Part shown: positions 19,332 through 29,943 of the stretch, in pieces
How the letters are laid out: every line of letters begins with the position of its first letter
Numbering within the stretch: the first letter of the stretch is position 1
Assembly (NCBI GenBank): GCA_015711795.1
Contig: JACVJC010000007.1
Coordinates: 5,809 to 69,808, forward strand
Direction of reading: 5' to 3'
Source of the DNA: Candidatus Geothermocultor quzhuomuensis
GTDB lineage: Bacteria; Actinomycetota; Aquicultoria; Geothermocultorales; Geothermocultoraceae
Length of the DNA stretch: 64,000 bases
Notes under the pieces: generated by a model
The model's input: only the letters and a program-made list of their open reading frames with translations
What the model was told of the DNA's origin: nothing
Databases searched by the model: none
Position numbers and translations under genes: made by a program

Positions 19332-20399
19332 TTGAAAAAAACCAAGGAAGTTTTAGAAAGATATAAAGAAATAGGCGTTATTATCTGGTCCTATATTGGT
19401 ATATTAATTTTAGTCATTTTTTTTCTCTACATCCTTTCCTTAATTAGCTCTATTTTGCTTCCTTTTGTTTATGCTATGGCTCTCGTTTATATTTTGCGTC
19501 CCTTTGTGAATTTCTTTGAGAAAAAAGGATTAAACCGAGCTGTTTCCCTCATTTTAATTTATTTGGTTCTTGCTTTGATTGTGACTATCTTTTTATTTTA
19601 TTTAGTCCCAGCTCTTAGCTATCAATTTAGTCAATTTTTAAAGAACTTCCCTCTTTACCTTAAAGCAGTTCAAGGGTTTTTAAAAACTTGGCAAGGTAAA
19701 TTTACTCGTCTTCGCATTCCAAAAGAGGCAGTTAAACTTTTTGAGGAGGGTATCCAAAATTTGCAGAATTGGATTGTTTCAGCTCTTACTCGTTTACCTC
19801 GAGTGAGCATCAATCTTGTATCAAATCTTTTTTATCTTATTTTAGCCCCCGTGATTGCTTTTTATATTCTTAAAGATTTAAAAGCAATAACAGAAACTGC
19901 TTTTGCTCTTGTTCCGGTAAGGTATCGAGAAGAAGCAAAGGTTATTGCAAAAAAAATTGACACAGTTCTTGGGAGTTTTATTAAAGGGCAGTTTTTGGTT
20001 GCTCTTTCGGTTGGTATTTTAACTAGTATTGGACTCTCTGTTATAAGGGTGGATTACGCCATTGTGATTGGAATGATTACTGGTGTTTTAAATATAATAC
20101 CTTATTTTGGACCTGTTGTTGGTGCTTTGCTCGCTGGCATAGTTGGTTTGTTTAGGTCACCTCTTACTGCTCTTTGGGCAGTTTTAGTTTTACTTATAGT
20201 TCAGCAAATTGATAGCCTTTTCTTAACCCCTAATATTATGAGAAAACAAGTGAGCCTTCATCCTGTTTTAATAGTCTTTTCCCTTTTAACAGGGGGGGTT
20301 TTATTTGGTGTTATGGGAATGTTACTAGCAATTCCAGTAGCAGCTGTAGGTAAGGTTTTAATTTATCATTTTGTTGAAAAATACGAGGAACATTTTTAG
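19332..20399 (+). CDS. AI-2E family transporter (PerM/YhhT-like permease)
   Basis: Eight predicted transmembrane helices with the AI-2E family topology and conserved central region. Confidence 0.72.
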   Translation: MKKTKEVLERYKEIGVIIWSYIGILILVIFFLYILSLISSILLPFVYAMALVYILRPFVNFFEKKGLNRAVSLILIYLVLALIVTIFLFYLVPALSYQFSQFLKNFPLYLKAVQGFLKTWQGKFTRLRIPKEAVKLFEEGIQNLQNWIVSALTRLPRVSINLVSNLFYLILAPVIAFYILKDLKAITETAFALVPVRYREEAKVIAKKIDTVLGSFIKGQFLVALSVGILTSIGLSVIRVDYAIVIGMITGVLNIIPYFGPVVGALLAGIVGLFRSPLTALWAVLVLLIVQQIDSLFLTPNIMRKQVSLHPVLIVFSLLTGGVLFGVMGMLLAIPVAAVGKVLIYHFVEKYEEHF

Positions 20400-20410
20400 T
20401 AGAGGTCAAA

Positions 20411-23038
20411 TTGAAAAGTAAGGAAATTCGAGAAAGTTTTTTAGAATATTTCAAAGAGCACAACCATTCTATTGTTCCTAGTTCTTCATTGATCCCTGAA
20501 GACCCTACACTTCTTTTAACAGCTGCAGGCATGGTTCAGTTTAAGCCAATTTTTTTAGGCAAGATTAAGCCTGACTTTACCCGAGCAGCTTCTTGCCAGA
20601 AATGTGTCCGAACAACCGATATTGAAAAAGTAGGGTTAACTGCTAGACATTTAACCTTCTTCGAGATGCTGGGCAATTTTTCTTTTGGGGACTATTACAA
20701 AAAAGAGGCAATTTCCTGGGCTTGGGAATTTTTGACTGAGAAGATGGGATTGGAAAAGGAAAAACTTTGGGTGACGATTTTTCGGGAAGACGAAGAAGCT
20801 TATCAAATTTGGCGAGACCTTATTAAAATACCTGATAAGAAAATTGTAAGAATGGGGGAAGAAGACAATTTTTGGGCAGCAGGTTCCACCGGCCCTTGTG
20901 GTCCTTGTTCCGAGCTCATTTATGACCTTGGTGAAGAGAGAAGTTGCAGGAAGCCCGATTGTGGCATCGGATGTGATTGCGATCGATTTTTGGAGGTTTG
21001 GAATTTAGTTTTTATGGAATTTGAAAGAGGAGAAGATGGAGAGCTGAACCCTTTACCCCAAAAAAACATTGATACAGGTATGGGGCTAGAGAGAATTGCT
21101 TTAATTAAACAAAATGTAACGAGTACATTTGAGACTGATTTAATGAAGCCGATAGTAGAAGAAATTCTTTCTTTAACAAAGGAGGAAAAAGGTGCAATTT
21201 CTACCAAAATTATTGCTGACCATGTCCGAGCAATAACTTTCTTGGTCAATGATGGGGTAATTCCCTCCAATGAAGGAAGAGGTTATATCCTTCGGCGCCT
21301 TTTAAGAAGAGCAGTTCGCCATGGCCGGTTATTAGGAATTGAAAAGATTTTTCTCCCCCACTTGGTAGATAAGGTGATTAAAGTTATGGTTGAAACCTAT
21401 TCTGACTTAAAAACAAATGCTCAATTTATTAAAAAAATTGTCCAGAAGGAGGAGGAAAGATTTTCTCATACTTTAAAGCAAGGATTGAATATGTTAAGTG
21501 AAATAATTAAAAAGGCTCATTCTCAAAAACTTTCAACTGTACCAGCCAATTTTGCTTTTGTTCTTTATGATACTTATGGTTTTCCTTTTGAGTTGACTAG
21601 AGAAATTCTGGCCGAAAGCAGCCTCTCAGTTAGCGAGGAAGATTACCAAAAATTAATGGAGGAGCAGAGAGAGAAATCAAGACAAAGCTTTGAGGGAAAA
21701 ACTTTTACATTTTCAAAAGATGTTTATCGATTAGTGACCGAGAAATTTGGCCCAACTGAATTTGTCGGATACGCTGAGTTAGAAACTACTAGCAATGTTA
21801 AAGCGATAATTAAAGGGGAAAACATGATTTTAAAAGCCAAAGAAGGGGAGGAAGTAGAGATAATCTTAGATAAAACACCATTCTATGCTGAAATGGGAGG
21901 ACAAGTTGGTGATAAGGGTCAAATAATTACCGATACTGGTATAATGGAAATTTATGATACCACAAGCCCTTTTCCTTCTCTTTATACCCATAAAGGAAAA
22001 GTGGTAAGTGGTTATATTGAAGTTGAAACTTCAGCAAAAGGTAAGGTAAACCAAAAGAGGCGGCAAAGCATTTCTAGTAACCACACTGCAACTCATCTTC
22101 TTCACTGGGCACTTAGGATTGTTTTAGGAGAGCATGTTAAACAGTCTGGTTCCTTGGTTGATGATAAAAAATTGAGGTTTGACTTTACTCATTTTGAAGC
22201 TTTGACTCCTGAACAAATTATTAAGGTGGAAAAGTTAGTCAACAGCAAGATTTTTGAGAATCACCCAGTCAGAGCTTATATTACTTCCATGGAGTTTGCT
22301 AAAGAAATTGGAGTAATTGCTTTATTTGGAGAAAAGTATGGGGACTTTGTTCGAGTTGTCGAGGTGGGTAATTTTAGTAAGGAACTATGTGGAGGTACCC
22401 ATGTTACCAGGTCAAGTGATATTGGTCTCTTTAAGATTGTCTCAGAAGGCAGTATTGGAGCAAATTTAAGGAGGATTGAAGCTTTAACTCTTTATGAGGC
22501 TTTGAACTTTGTTTACAAGGAAGAAGAACTTTATCGTCAAATTTCTCGAACCTTAAAGGCTCCTTTTTCAGAAGTTCCAGCTAAAGTCGATTTTTTAATC
22601 ACTTCTTTAAAGGAAAAAGATAGAGAGTTGGAAAGGTTAAAAAAGGTTTACTTTGCTGAAAAGGTTGAAAGATTTTTAAAAGAAGCGGTTGAAGTAAATG
22701 AAACAAAAGTAGTTGTGGAAAAATTAGAGGTCGAGGAAGCTCAGGACTTAAAGATATTAGCTGACGCTTTGCGCTCTCGGGTGGAAAAGGGAATCTTTCT
22801 TTTTGGAGCTTCGATTAAGGGGAAGGCGATATTGCTTAGTGCAGCAACCCCCTCAATTGTTCTTAAGGGATTTCACGCTGGTGAGTTAGTTGAAAACATT
22901 TCAGGTTTAGTAAGAGGCGGTGGAGGAGGTAAAGCTGATTTAGCCGAAGCTGGTGGAAAAAGCCCAGAAAAAATTGATGAGGCTTTAAAAGTCGGGAAAG
23001 AAAAAATAATTAATATTTTAAGAAAAATTAAGAGTTAA
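20411..23038 (+). CDS. alaS: Alanine--tRNA ligase
   Basis: 875 aa with a class II catalytic core, the editing-domain HxxxH...CGGTH motif, and the C-terminal DHHA1-like domain with a GGGG motif. Confidence 0.92.
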   Translation: MKSKEIRESFLEYFKEHNHSIVPSSSLIPEDPTLLLTAAGMVQFKPIFLGKIKPDFTRAASCQKCVRTTDIEKVGLTARHLTFFEMLGNFSFGDYYKKEAISWAWEFLTEKMGLEKEKLWVTIFREDEEAYQIWRDLIKIPDKKIVRMGEEDNFWAAGSTGPCGPCSELIYDLGEERSCRKPDCGIGCDCDRFLEVWNLVFMEFERGEDGELNPLPQKNIDTGMGLERIALIKQNVTSTFETDLMKPIVEEILSLTKEEKGAISTKIIADHVRAITFLVNDGVIPSNEGRGYILRRLLRRAVRHGRLLGIEKIFLPHLVDKVIKVMVETYSDLKTNAQFIKKIVQKEEERFSHTLKQGLNMLSEIIKKAHSQKLSTVPANFAFVLYDTYGFPFELTREILAESSLSVSEEDYQKLMEEQREKSRQSFEGKTFTFSKDVYRLVTEKFGPTEFVGYAELETTSNVKAIIKGENMILKAKEGEEVEIILDKTPFYAEMGGQVGDKGQIITDTGIMEIYDTTSPFPSLYTHKGKVVSGYIEVETSAKGKVNQKRRQSISSNHTATHLLHWALRIVLGEHVKQSGSLVDDKKLRFDFTHFEALTPEQIIKVEKLVNSKIFENHPVRAYITSMEFAKEIGVIALFGEKYGDFVRVVEVGNFSKELCGGTHVTRSSDIGLFKIVSEGSIGANLRRIEALTLYEALNFVYKEEELYRQISRTLKAPFSEVPAKVDFLITSLKEKDRELERLKKVYFAEKVERFLKEAVEVNETKVVVEKLEVEEAQDLKILADALRSRVEKGIFLFGASIKGKAILLSAATPSIVLKGFHAGELVENISGLVRGGGGGKADLAEAGGKSPEKIDEALKVGKEKIINILRKIKS

Positions 23039-23039
23039 A

Positions 23040-23456
23040 ATGACCAAAATGGCATTTGATATCGGGGAAAAGAAAATTGGTGTAGCTATATCTGATGAGT
23101 CGAATAAAGTTGCTTTAAGCTTAGGGGTTATTTGGAGAAAAACATTTAAGGAAGAACTTAAGGAAATAAAAAGGCTTCTTTTAAAATATAAAGTAAAAGA
23201 AATTGTTGTAGGTATTCCCTACAATTTAAAGGGAGAAACTTCAATTCAAGCAGAAAAAGTTAAAAAATATGTTGATGAACTTAGGAAAGAGCTTTTTGTT
23301 CCTATCCGTGAATGGGATGAACGACTAACAACTCGCATAGCTAATCGTACACTTTCCTATTTTAAAACACCTTGCAAGAGAAGAAAAGAAATTGTTGACA
23401 AATTGGCTGCTACTTTAATATTGCAAAGCTATCTCGATAGCTTGAGGGATCAGTAG
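23040..23456 (+). CDS. ruvX: Putative pre-16S rRNA nuclease / Holliday junction resolvase-like YqgF
   Basis: RNase H-like N-terminus (FDIGEKKIGVAISD). It follows alaS as in many bacteria. Confidence 0.8.
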   Translation: MTKMAFDIGEKKIGVAISDESNKVALSLGVIWRKTFKEELKEIKRLLLKYKVKEIVVGIPYNLKGETSIQAEKVKKYVDELRKELFVPIREWDERLTTRIANRTLSYFKTPCKRRKEIVDKLAATLILQSYLDSLRDQ

Positions 23457-24478
23457 TGAATAAGGGTTGGTTAAAATACTTTTGGAGAATACTAATCCTT
23501 ACTATAATTTTATTTTTTATCTTTTTTTTGATTAATCAATTTTCCTTATTTCCATCTTCCAAGAAAGTTCGAGTGATTATTTCTCCTGGGCAATCTATTG
23601 ATGAAATTGGCAAGTTGTTAGTTGAAAAAAAAGTCATTAGAAATGCTATTATTTTTAAGTTATTAGTTTGGTATTGGGGAGTTGACCGAAAAATTGATGC
23701 AGGTGAATATCTTTTTAAAGAAGACATGGGTTATAGAAGAGTTACAGAAATTTTAACTAAAGACCCTCTGAAAAAAGTTTTTAAAGTGACTATTCCAGAA
23801 GGATTTACTATCGAACAAATTGGTAACCGATTATCATCTCAAACAAACATCGATGGTAATGAGTTTAAAACTATTGCTTCTACAGGAAATAAAAAAATTT
23901 TCAACTATTCCTTCCTCTCTAGTAATCCTTTAGGAACACTCGAAGGCTACCTTTTCCCTGCGACCTATTATTTAGTTGAAGGAAGTTCTCCTAGAGAGGC
24001 AGTAGATTTGATGCTGAGGCAGTTTGGCAAAGAAATTTCTTCTCAAGATCTTGAAAAAATAAAGGCGAAGGGATTGAATCTTCATCAATTAATTACTATT
24101 GCCTCAATGATTGAAAAAGAGGCTAAGTTGCCTCATGAAAGACCGATAATCGCTGCGGTAATTTATAATCGCCTTCAAAGAAAAATGCGTCTTGAAATAG
24201 ATGCGACTGTCCAGTATGCTTTAGGGGAATGGAAGTCAAGGTTATACGAAAGAGATACCCAAGTAAATTCTCCTTATAATACTTATATTCATTTTGGACT
24301 TCCACCTGGGCCAATTTGTAGTCCTGGTTTAGCTTCAATAAAAGCTGCATTAAATCCTTCTAAAGTAAATTATCTTTACTATGTTTTAACTGACCCTAAG
24401 GGAAGCCACACTTTTACTCAAACCCATAAAGAGTTTTTAAAAGCTAAAGAGAAAGCAAAAAAGATATTTAAAAATTAG
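23456..24478 (+). CDS. mltG: Endolytic murein transglycosylase MltG (YceG family)
   Basis: N-terminal transmembrane segment and the YceG domain. It follows ruvX in conserved order. Confidence 0.85.
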   Translation: MNKGWLKYFWRILILTIILFFIFFLINQFSLFPSSKKVRVIISPGQSIDEIGKLLVEKKVIRNAIIFKLLVWYWGVDRKIDAGEYLFKEDMGYRRVTEILTKDPLKKVFKVTIPEGFTIEQIGNRLSSQTNIDGNEFKTIASTGNKKIFNYSFLSSNPLGTLEGYLFPATYYLVEGSSPREAVDLMLRQFGKEISSQDLEKIKAKGLNLHQLITIASMIEKEAKLPHERPIIAAVIYNRLQRKMRLEIDATVQYALGEWKSRLYERDTQVNSPYNTYIHFGLPPGPICSPGLASIKAALNPSKVNYLYYVLTDPKGSHTFTQTHKEFLKAKEKAKKIFKN

Positions 24479-24718
24479 AATTAGTCAATAAAGTGCTGAA
24501 GAACTGAAGGCAGTGATAAGGGAGGAGTAACCAGCGAGCCAACTAAAGACAAAAGAAATATAAAATTAATTTCAGCTCTAAATTTTATTGTGGCTGTTAA
24601 TAGCACAGGTTATAATTTTTTAAATAAAGAAGGAATTTTGGTTTGGATACTAGTAAGAATAATTTTAAATTGTAAGGAGTTATTAAAGAAAAATTTGTCT
24701 TTTTAAGGAGAAAGTAAT

Positions 24719-25231
24719 TTGATGAGGGAAAAATTTTTAAAAATCTTGCTTCCAGATAAATATTATTCATCAGTAAACCAAATAAACTTAATTAATTTAA
24801 AAAAAGAGGGAGTGAGAGGGTTAATCATTGATTTGGACAATACCATTGTTCCAAGGAAGGATGAGATTGTTACGGAAGAAATTAAAGACTGGTTTAAGTT
24901 GCTTTCTTCTTTAGGTTTTCGGGTTTGTCTTGTTTCTAATAATTGGTCATCACGGGCAAGTAAGATCGCTGAGGAGCTGAAAATTCCATTAATAGCCCCA
25001 GCTGGTAAACCAAGGAGGAAGGCTTTTCGGCGTGGGTTAGAACTTTTAGGGATGGAAGTTGAGCAAGTAGCAGTCATTGGTGACCAGCTTTTTACTGATA
25101 TTTTGGGTGGTAATCTTCTTAAGATGAAAACAATTTTGGTTTCACCAATGAGTAGCCAAGACCTTTTTCACACCCAGCTTTTAAGGAAGTTGGAAAGGAG
25201 AATCTTAAGAAATATAAAGTTGGAAAAATAA
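24719..25231 (+). CDS. YqeG-family HAD-IIIA phosphatase
   Basis: GLIIDLDNTIVP motif I and GDQLFTDI motif. It precedes aroE as in the Bacillus yqeG operon. Confidence 0.7.
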   Translation: MMREKFLKILLPDKYYSSVNQINLINLKKEGVRGLIIDLDNTIVPRKDEIVTEEIKDWFKLLSSLGFRVCLVSNNWSSRASKIAEELKIPLIAPAGKPRRKAFRRGLELLGMEVEQVAVIGDQLFTDILGGNLLKMKTILVSPMSSQDLFHTQLLRKLERRILRNIKLEK

Positions 25232-25381
25232 GTAAAGAGTTATCGATTTTTTCAAGTTTTCTTGGGGACTTGAGAAAATCATTTTTTTTGACGATAAAAA
25301 AATGTAATTATTTGTCTTCAAAAAAATTGCTAATAAATTTTGCTAGTTTGACGAGAATGAGGTAAGATAGAAGAGATAACG

Positions 25382-26269
25382 ATGAAGATAAATGGAGAGA
25401 CAAAATTAGTTGGAATTATTGGTTATCCTTTGAAGCACACTTATTCGCCGTTTATTTTTAATGGTCTTTTTGATTATTATCAATTGAATTGGGCTTATGT
25501 TCCTTTACCAGTTTTAAGGGAGGAAAATTTGCCTTCTGCGCTTAATGGAATTCGAGCTTTGAACTTTGTCGGGGTTAATGTGACTATGCCATATAAGGAG
25601 GCAGTTATTTCTTATCTCGATGAGTTGGATACTTATGCTCAAATGGTCAAGGCAATTAATGTTATTCATGTTCAGAATGGTAAGTTAATTGGATATAATA
25701 CTGATGGGAAGGGTTTTTTAAATTCTTTGGAAAGAGATGCTAATTTTTATCCCAAAGGGAAGAGCTTTCTAATTATTGGTGCTGGTGGAGGTGCTCGGGC
25801 GATTTGCTTAACTTTAGCTATGGAAGAACCAAAAAGAATTATTATTGCCAACCGCACTCCTGAGAAAGCTAAGAATTTAAGAGACATGGTAAAAGAGAAT
25901 TTCCCTTCAGTTCAAGTTGATTGGATTTCTTTAAATGAACCACTGGCTAAAATTTTTAAAGATGTTGAGGTGGTTATTAATGCGACACCAGTTGGTATGG
26001 GTTCTTTAGAAGGGGAGATGCCAATTTCAAGGGAAGATTGGGAAGGAGTGACGGAAAAACATTTAGTTTGTGATTTAATTTATTACCCTGAAGAGACTAA
26101 ATTTTTAAAGACGGCTAGGGAAAGAGGCGCTCAAACCTTAAATGGCTTGGGAATGTTAATTTTCCAGGGGATAGGTGCTTTTAAAGTCTGGACTGGCTTA
26201 GAGCCACCAGCTGAGATAGTTAAAAGGATTATCGATAAGGAACTTTCGTTAGTTAAAAGTGGAGCCTAA
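25382..26269 (+). CDS. aroE: Shikimate dehydrogenase
   Basis: N-terminal substrate-binding domain and a GAGGGARA Rossmann motif. Confidence 0.85.
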   Translation: MKINGETKLVGIIGYPLKHTYSPFIFNGLFDYYQLNWAYVPLPVLREENLPSALNGIRALNFVGVNVTMPYKEAVISYLDELDTYAQMVKAINVIHVQNGKLIGYNTDGKGFLNSLERDANFYPKGKSFLIIGAGGGARAICLTLAMEEPKRIIIANRTPEKAKNLRDMVKENFPSVQVDWISLNEPLAKIFKDVEVVINATPVGMGSLEGEMPISREDWEGVTEKHLVCDLIYYPEETKFLKTARERGAQTLNGLGMLIFQGIGAFKVWTGLEPPAEIVKRIIDKELSLVKSGA

Positions 26270-26271
26270 AA

Positions 26272-27954
26272 ATGGTTAGATTAAAGAAAAGATTAGGCAA
26301 AATATTAGTTGAAGCAGGATTAATAACTGAAGAGCAGTTACAAGAAGCAGTTGAAGCTCAAGATGGTAAGTCAGTCACTTCAGCTTTAATTGATTTAGGC
26401 TATGTTTCAGAAGCTGACATTGCTAAGGTTATAGCTAAGGCGACAGGCTTACCTTATGTAGATTTAAGCAAATATGAAATTAATCCTAATGCTGCTACTT
26501 TAATCTCAGAAGATATTGCTCGAAAGTATTCTGTTCTCCCCATTGATTTTGAAGATAACAAATTAGTTGTGGCTATGGCTGAGCCTGCAAATATATTTGC
26601 CATTGACGATTTAAGAATTATCACTGGTTATGAAATCAAGACAGTAGTTGCTTTAGAATCCGCAATTCAAAATGCTATAAATCAGTTTTGCCGGATGGAC
26701 CATGAAGTAGAAGAGATGACTGAGAGTGTGGCTGGTGAAGAGGAGGAAGCTGCTGTTTCAGCTACCACTGTGGAGGAAGAATATGAGGTTGAAGAAGCTC
26801 CCATTGTTAAGCTCGTTAATGTAATTATAACCGAGGCTGCCCGGAGTCGAGCTGCTGATATCCATATTGAACCTCAAGAAGGAGATATTAGAATTAGGTA
26901 TCGAATTGATGGCGTTTTACATGAGGTAATGCGTTCACCAAAGAGAGTTCAAACTGGAATGGTTGCTCGGATAAAGATTCTTGCTAACATGGATATTGCT
27001 GAAAAGCGGCTTCCTCAAGATGGCCGTTTTAGCTTAATGGTTGATGGAAAACCTATTGATTTTCGGGTTGCAACTTTACCCACTGTTTACGGGGAAAAAG
27101 TTGTTCTCAGGCTTTTGGAGAAAGAAAGCATTTTAATGCAACTAGAAGATTTAGGTTTTCTCCCTGAAAGTCTCAAGAAGTTTAAAAAGTCTTTAAATAA
27201 GCCTTATGGAGCTATTTTTGTTACTGGTCCAACTGGTTGTGGGAAGACAACAACCCTTTATGCTGGATTAAATTTGTTAAACAAAGATGAAAAGAACTTA
27301 ATTACTGTTGAAGATCCAGTTGAGTATCGCTTGCCTGGAGTAAATCAAGTTCAAGTTAACCCTAAGGCTGGTTTAACTTTTGCTTCAGCTCTTCGTTCCA
27401 TTTTGCGAAATGACCCTGATATTGTAATGATTGGTGAAATTAGGGATCAAGAAACAGCTCTCATTGCCATTGAATCTGCTTTAACAGGCCATTTAGTGCT
27501 TTCTACTCTTCACACTAATGATGCTCCATCTGCCATTACTCGTTTAACTGAGATGGGTATTGAGCCTTTTTTAACTTCATCGGCTATTGATTCAGTTGTT
27601 GCTCAAAGATTAGCTAGAAAGCTTTGTGACCAATGCAAAGAAGCTTATACTCCTTCCCTTGAATCACTTCAAAGAGTAAAATTTCCTTTAGGAGAAGGGG
27701 AAAGTTTACCTACTCTTTATCGAGCAAAGGGTTGTGATGCTTGTAATGGTACAGGTTATCGAGGCAGAGTCGGGATTTTTGAAGTAATGGAAATGAGTGA
27801 AACAATTGAGAGGTTAACTGTTGAGAGGGCATCAACAGATGAGATAAAAAAAGTAGCTATTGCTGAAGGAATGTTAACTCTCAGAGAAGAAGGGATGGAA
27901 AAAGTGAAGCAGGGGATTACTTCAATTGAAGAAATCATGAGAGTAATTGTTTAA
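26272..27954 (+). CDS. pilB: Type IV pilus assembly ATPase PilB/GspE family (paralog 1). It has a single N-terminal MshEN-type domain with a consensus c-di-GMP-binding motif.
   Basis: N-terminus RLGKILVEAGLITEEQLQEAVEAQ. It also has Walker A GPTGCGKTT, Asp and His boxes, and the tetracysteine CDQC...CDAC motif. Confidence 0.85.
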   Translation: MVRLKKRLGKILVEAGLITEEQLQEAVEAQDGKSVTSALIDLGYVSEADIAKVIAKATGLPYVDLSKYEINPNAATLISEDIARKYSVLPIDFEDNKLVVAMAEPANIFAIDDLRIITGYEIKTVVALESAIQNAINQFCRMDHEVEEMTESVAGEEEEAAVSATTVEEEYEVEEAPIVKLVNVIITEAARSRAADIHIEPQEGDIRIRYRIDGVLHEVMRSPKRVQTGMVARIKILANMDIAEKRLPQDGRFSLMVDGKPIDFRVATLPTVYGEKVVLRLLEKESILMQLEDLGFLPESLKKFKKSLNKPYGAIFVTGPTGCGKTTTLYAGLNLLNKDEKNLITVEDPVEYRLPGVNQVQVNPKAGLTFASALRSILRNDPDIVMIGEIRDQETALIAIESALTGHLVLSTLHTNDAPSAITRLTEMGIEPFLTSSAIDSVVAQRLARKLCDQCKEAYTPSLESLQRVKFPLGEGESLPTLYRAKGCDACNGTGYRGRVGIFEVMEMSETIERLTVERASTDEIKKVAIAEGMLTLREEGMEKVKQGITSIEEIMRVIV

Positions 27955-28049
27955 TTTCAAGCCTATAAGTAATTGTTGACTAAATAAAAACTTAGAAAAG
28001 TTTAAGCCTTTTCTTAAATAAACGGAAAGAATGAAGGAGGAAAATTAGG

Positions 28050-28715
28050 ATGGATGAGATAAAAACTGGCGATTGGGAATTTGAAGAGCCTGAAAAACCA
28101 AAATATGATGAGGGAGAATTAATTAAGTCTGACTTTGAAGAGGCTGAAGAGACTTCAGGTGTTCCTGTAGATGTTTTTGAAACGGAAGAGGAAAAAGTAA
28201 TAGAGAAGAAAAAAGAAGCAGTTAAAGAGAAAGAAACTGAAAAAGAGGGTAAGAAAATAAAGCTTGGAGATTTTGAAATTACGGCAGAAGGAGAAGGTCC
28301 AAAAGCAGAAGCTGAAAAAGTGATAGAAGAGAAATCTAAAGAAAAAGGGGAAACTTTGGAAGAAAAACTTATGGTCATATTGAGTGATTTTATTGCGCTT
28401 TCACCAAGCATTGAAGCAGCTGCTTTAGTAAGTTTGGATGGTTTAATCATGGCTTCAGCTTTACCACCTGGCGCTGAGGAAGACAGAGTTGCTGCAATGT
28501 CTGCTGCCATTTTGAGCTTAGGTGAAAAAGCAGCATCAGAGTTGGGGAGGGGAGATTTAGCTCAAGTTTTTGTTGAAGGCAATAAAGGTTATGTATTTTT
28601 AATGTCAACGGCTGGTAAGGCTGTTCTCACTTGTTTAGCTGGGAAGGAAGCTAAGATTGGATTAGTCTTCTATGATATGAAAAAAATTGCTCATCAGTTG
28701 GGGGAAATATTGTAA
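28050..28715 (+). CDS. Roadblock/LC7 (MglB-like) domain protein with an acidic N-terminal extension of about 100 aa
   Basis: The C-terminal roughly 110 aa match the Roadblock/LC7 fold pattern (IEAAALVSLDGLIMAS....VFVEGNKGYVFL..AG.AVL). The N-terminus is an E/K-rich low-complexity region. Confidence 0.62.
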   Translation: MDEIKTGDWEFEEPEKPKYDEGELIKSDFEEAEETSGVPVDVFETEEEKVIEKKKEAVKEKETEKEGKKIKLGDFEITAEGEGPKAEAEKVIEEKSKEKGETLEEKLMVILSDFIALSPSIEAAALVSLDGLIMASALPPGAEEDRVAAMSAAILSLGEKAASELGRGDLAQVFVEGNKGYVFLMSTAGKAVLTCLAGKEAKIGLVFYDMKKIAHQLGEIL

Positions 28716-28731
28716 TTTAAGAGGTTAAGAG

Positions 28732-29934
28732 ATGGCTCTTAAAGGAAATTTAAAAGATTTCAATCTAGCTGATATTTTTCAGTTAATTACATTGAGTAAG
28801 AAAAAGGGAGCCTTGGTTATCGAGAGCTCTGAGGGAAAAGGATCAATTTATTTTAAGGATGGGGGGATATATTTTGCTTCAACCCCTTGGAGTGAAAAAT
28901 CATGGCTTCAAAAGTTACTAACTTCTCAAAAGGTTTCTAATGAAGAGCGGGAGAGAATTTTGAAGGATAAGGAAAAGGACACTTCAAAGAAGGTGGGAAC
29001 CGCTTTAGTTGAAAAAGGTATATTTTCCTTAGAAGAACTCCAAAGTTTTCTTGTCAATCAAATTGCTGATGCTATTTTTGATCTATTTACTTGGAAAGAA
29101 GGTGATTTTAATTTTGAAGGGGATCAAGAAAGAGATGATGAGGATTTGGGGATAGTTGCTGACTCTTCAAAGGTTATTTCGGAGGTAAATGCTCGCCTAG
29201 ATGAATGGAAGAAGATAAAGAAGATAATTCCTAGCTTGAAGATGTATTTTAAAATAAGTTCATCTCCCGGTGAGGGAGATAAAGACATTAGCTTAAAACC
29301 TAAGGAATGGAAAGTTATTAGTGGTTTGGATGGGAGAAAAGATATAAGCACAGTTTCTAAGGAAGTTGGTTTGAGTGAGTTTGAAACTTGTAAGATACTC
29401 TCTGATGTTTATTCTAAAGGTTTAATTGAGGTTGCAGAACCGCCAGTAGCTGAAGTGGTCGAAAAGGAAAAAAAGGAAGAAGTTATTTCTTTAGAAGAGG
29501 TTAGGGAGGAAAAAAAGGAAGAAGTTATTGAGGAGAAAAAAGAGGAAGTAAAAGAAGGACTTCCTGTTGAAGAAATAAAACCTGAAGAAGCTGAAAGGAA
29601 AGAAGCAGTTGCTGAGGAAATTAAGAAGAAGGCGGACCAAGTAGTTGAGGAGATTACAGCTAAGATTACTGAGCAGATTCTCGGAGCAAAGAAAGAAAAA
29701 GTTAAAGGAGGCAAGCCGAAAGTTGATGTGGAGGTGGAGAGCAAAGGAGAAGTTCCTGTTGAGGAACTTGAAGAGATGCTTGAGGAGCTAACATCTTTAA
29801 CCGAAGTGGCACCACCTGAATCTTCTTCTGAATTGGAAGAAGCGACTAAGGTTGAAGAGGAGGGTACTTCTTTAGATAAAGGAATCACAAGGGAGCTTGT
29901 TTTAAAAATTATTAAAGGGATCAAAAGATTATAG
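28732..29934 (+). CDS. DUF4388 (PATAN-like) domain protein with a long Glu/Lys-rich repetitive C-terminal tail
   Basis: The N-terminus LKGNLKDFNLADIFQLITLSKKKGALVIESSEGKGSIYFKDGGIYFA fits the DUF4388 signature. The C-terminal half is EEKKEEV-type low complexity. Confidence 0.55.
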   Translation: MALKGNLKDFNLADIFQLITLSKKKGALVIESSEGKGSIYFKDGGIYFASTPWSEKSWLQKLLTSQKVSNEERERILKDKEKDTSKKVGTALVEKGIFSLEELQSFLVNQIADAIFDLFTWKEGDFNFEGDQERDDEDLGIVADSSKVISEVNARLDEWKKIKKIIPSLKMYFKISSSPGEGDKDISLKPKEWKVISGLDGRKDISTVSKEVGLSEFETCKILSDVYSKGLIEVAEPPVAEVVEKEKKEEVISLEEVREEKKEEVIEEKKEEVKEGLPVEEIKPEEAERKEAVAEEIKKKADQVVEEITAKITEQILGAKKEKVKGGKPKVDVEVESKGEVPVEELEEMLEELTSLTEVAPPESSSELEEATKVEEEGTSLDKGITRELVLKIIKGIKRL

Positions 29935-29943
29935 GAGGGTAAA

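Noticed and set aside
27992-28510. 172-aa minus-strand ORF (Ser/Phe-rich) overlapping the Roadblock gene
   Set aside because: Antisense shadow of the GAA/GAG/AAA-rich sense codons in the acidic N-extension. The translation is low complexity (S/F/L), and it has no start or Shine-Dalgarno context.
29409-29924. 171-aa minus-strand Ser-rich ORF opposite the DUF4388 gene tail
   Set aside because: Same artefact: the complement of the E/K-rich repeat region. It is not an independent gene.
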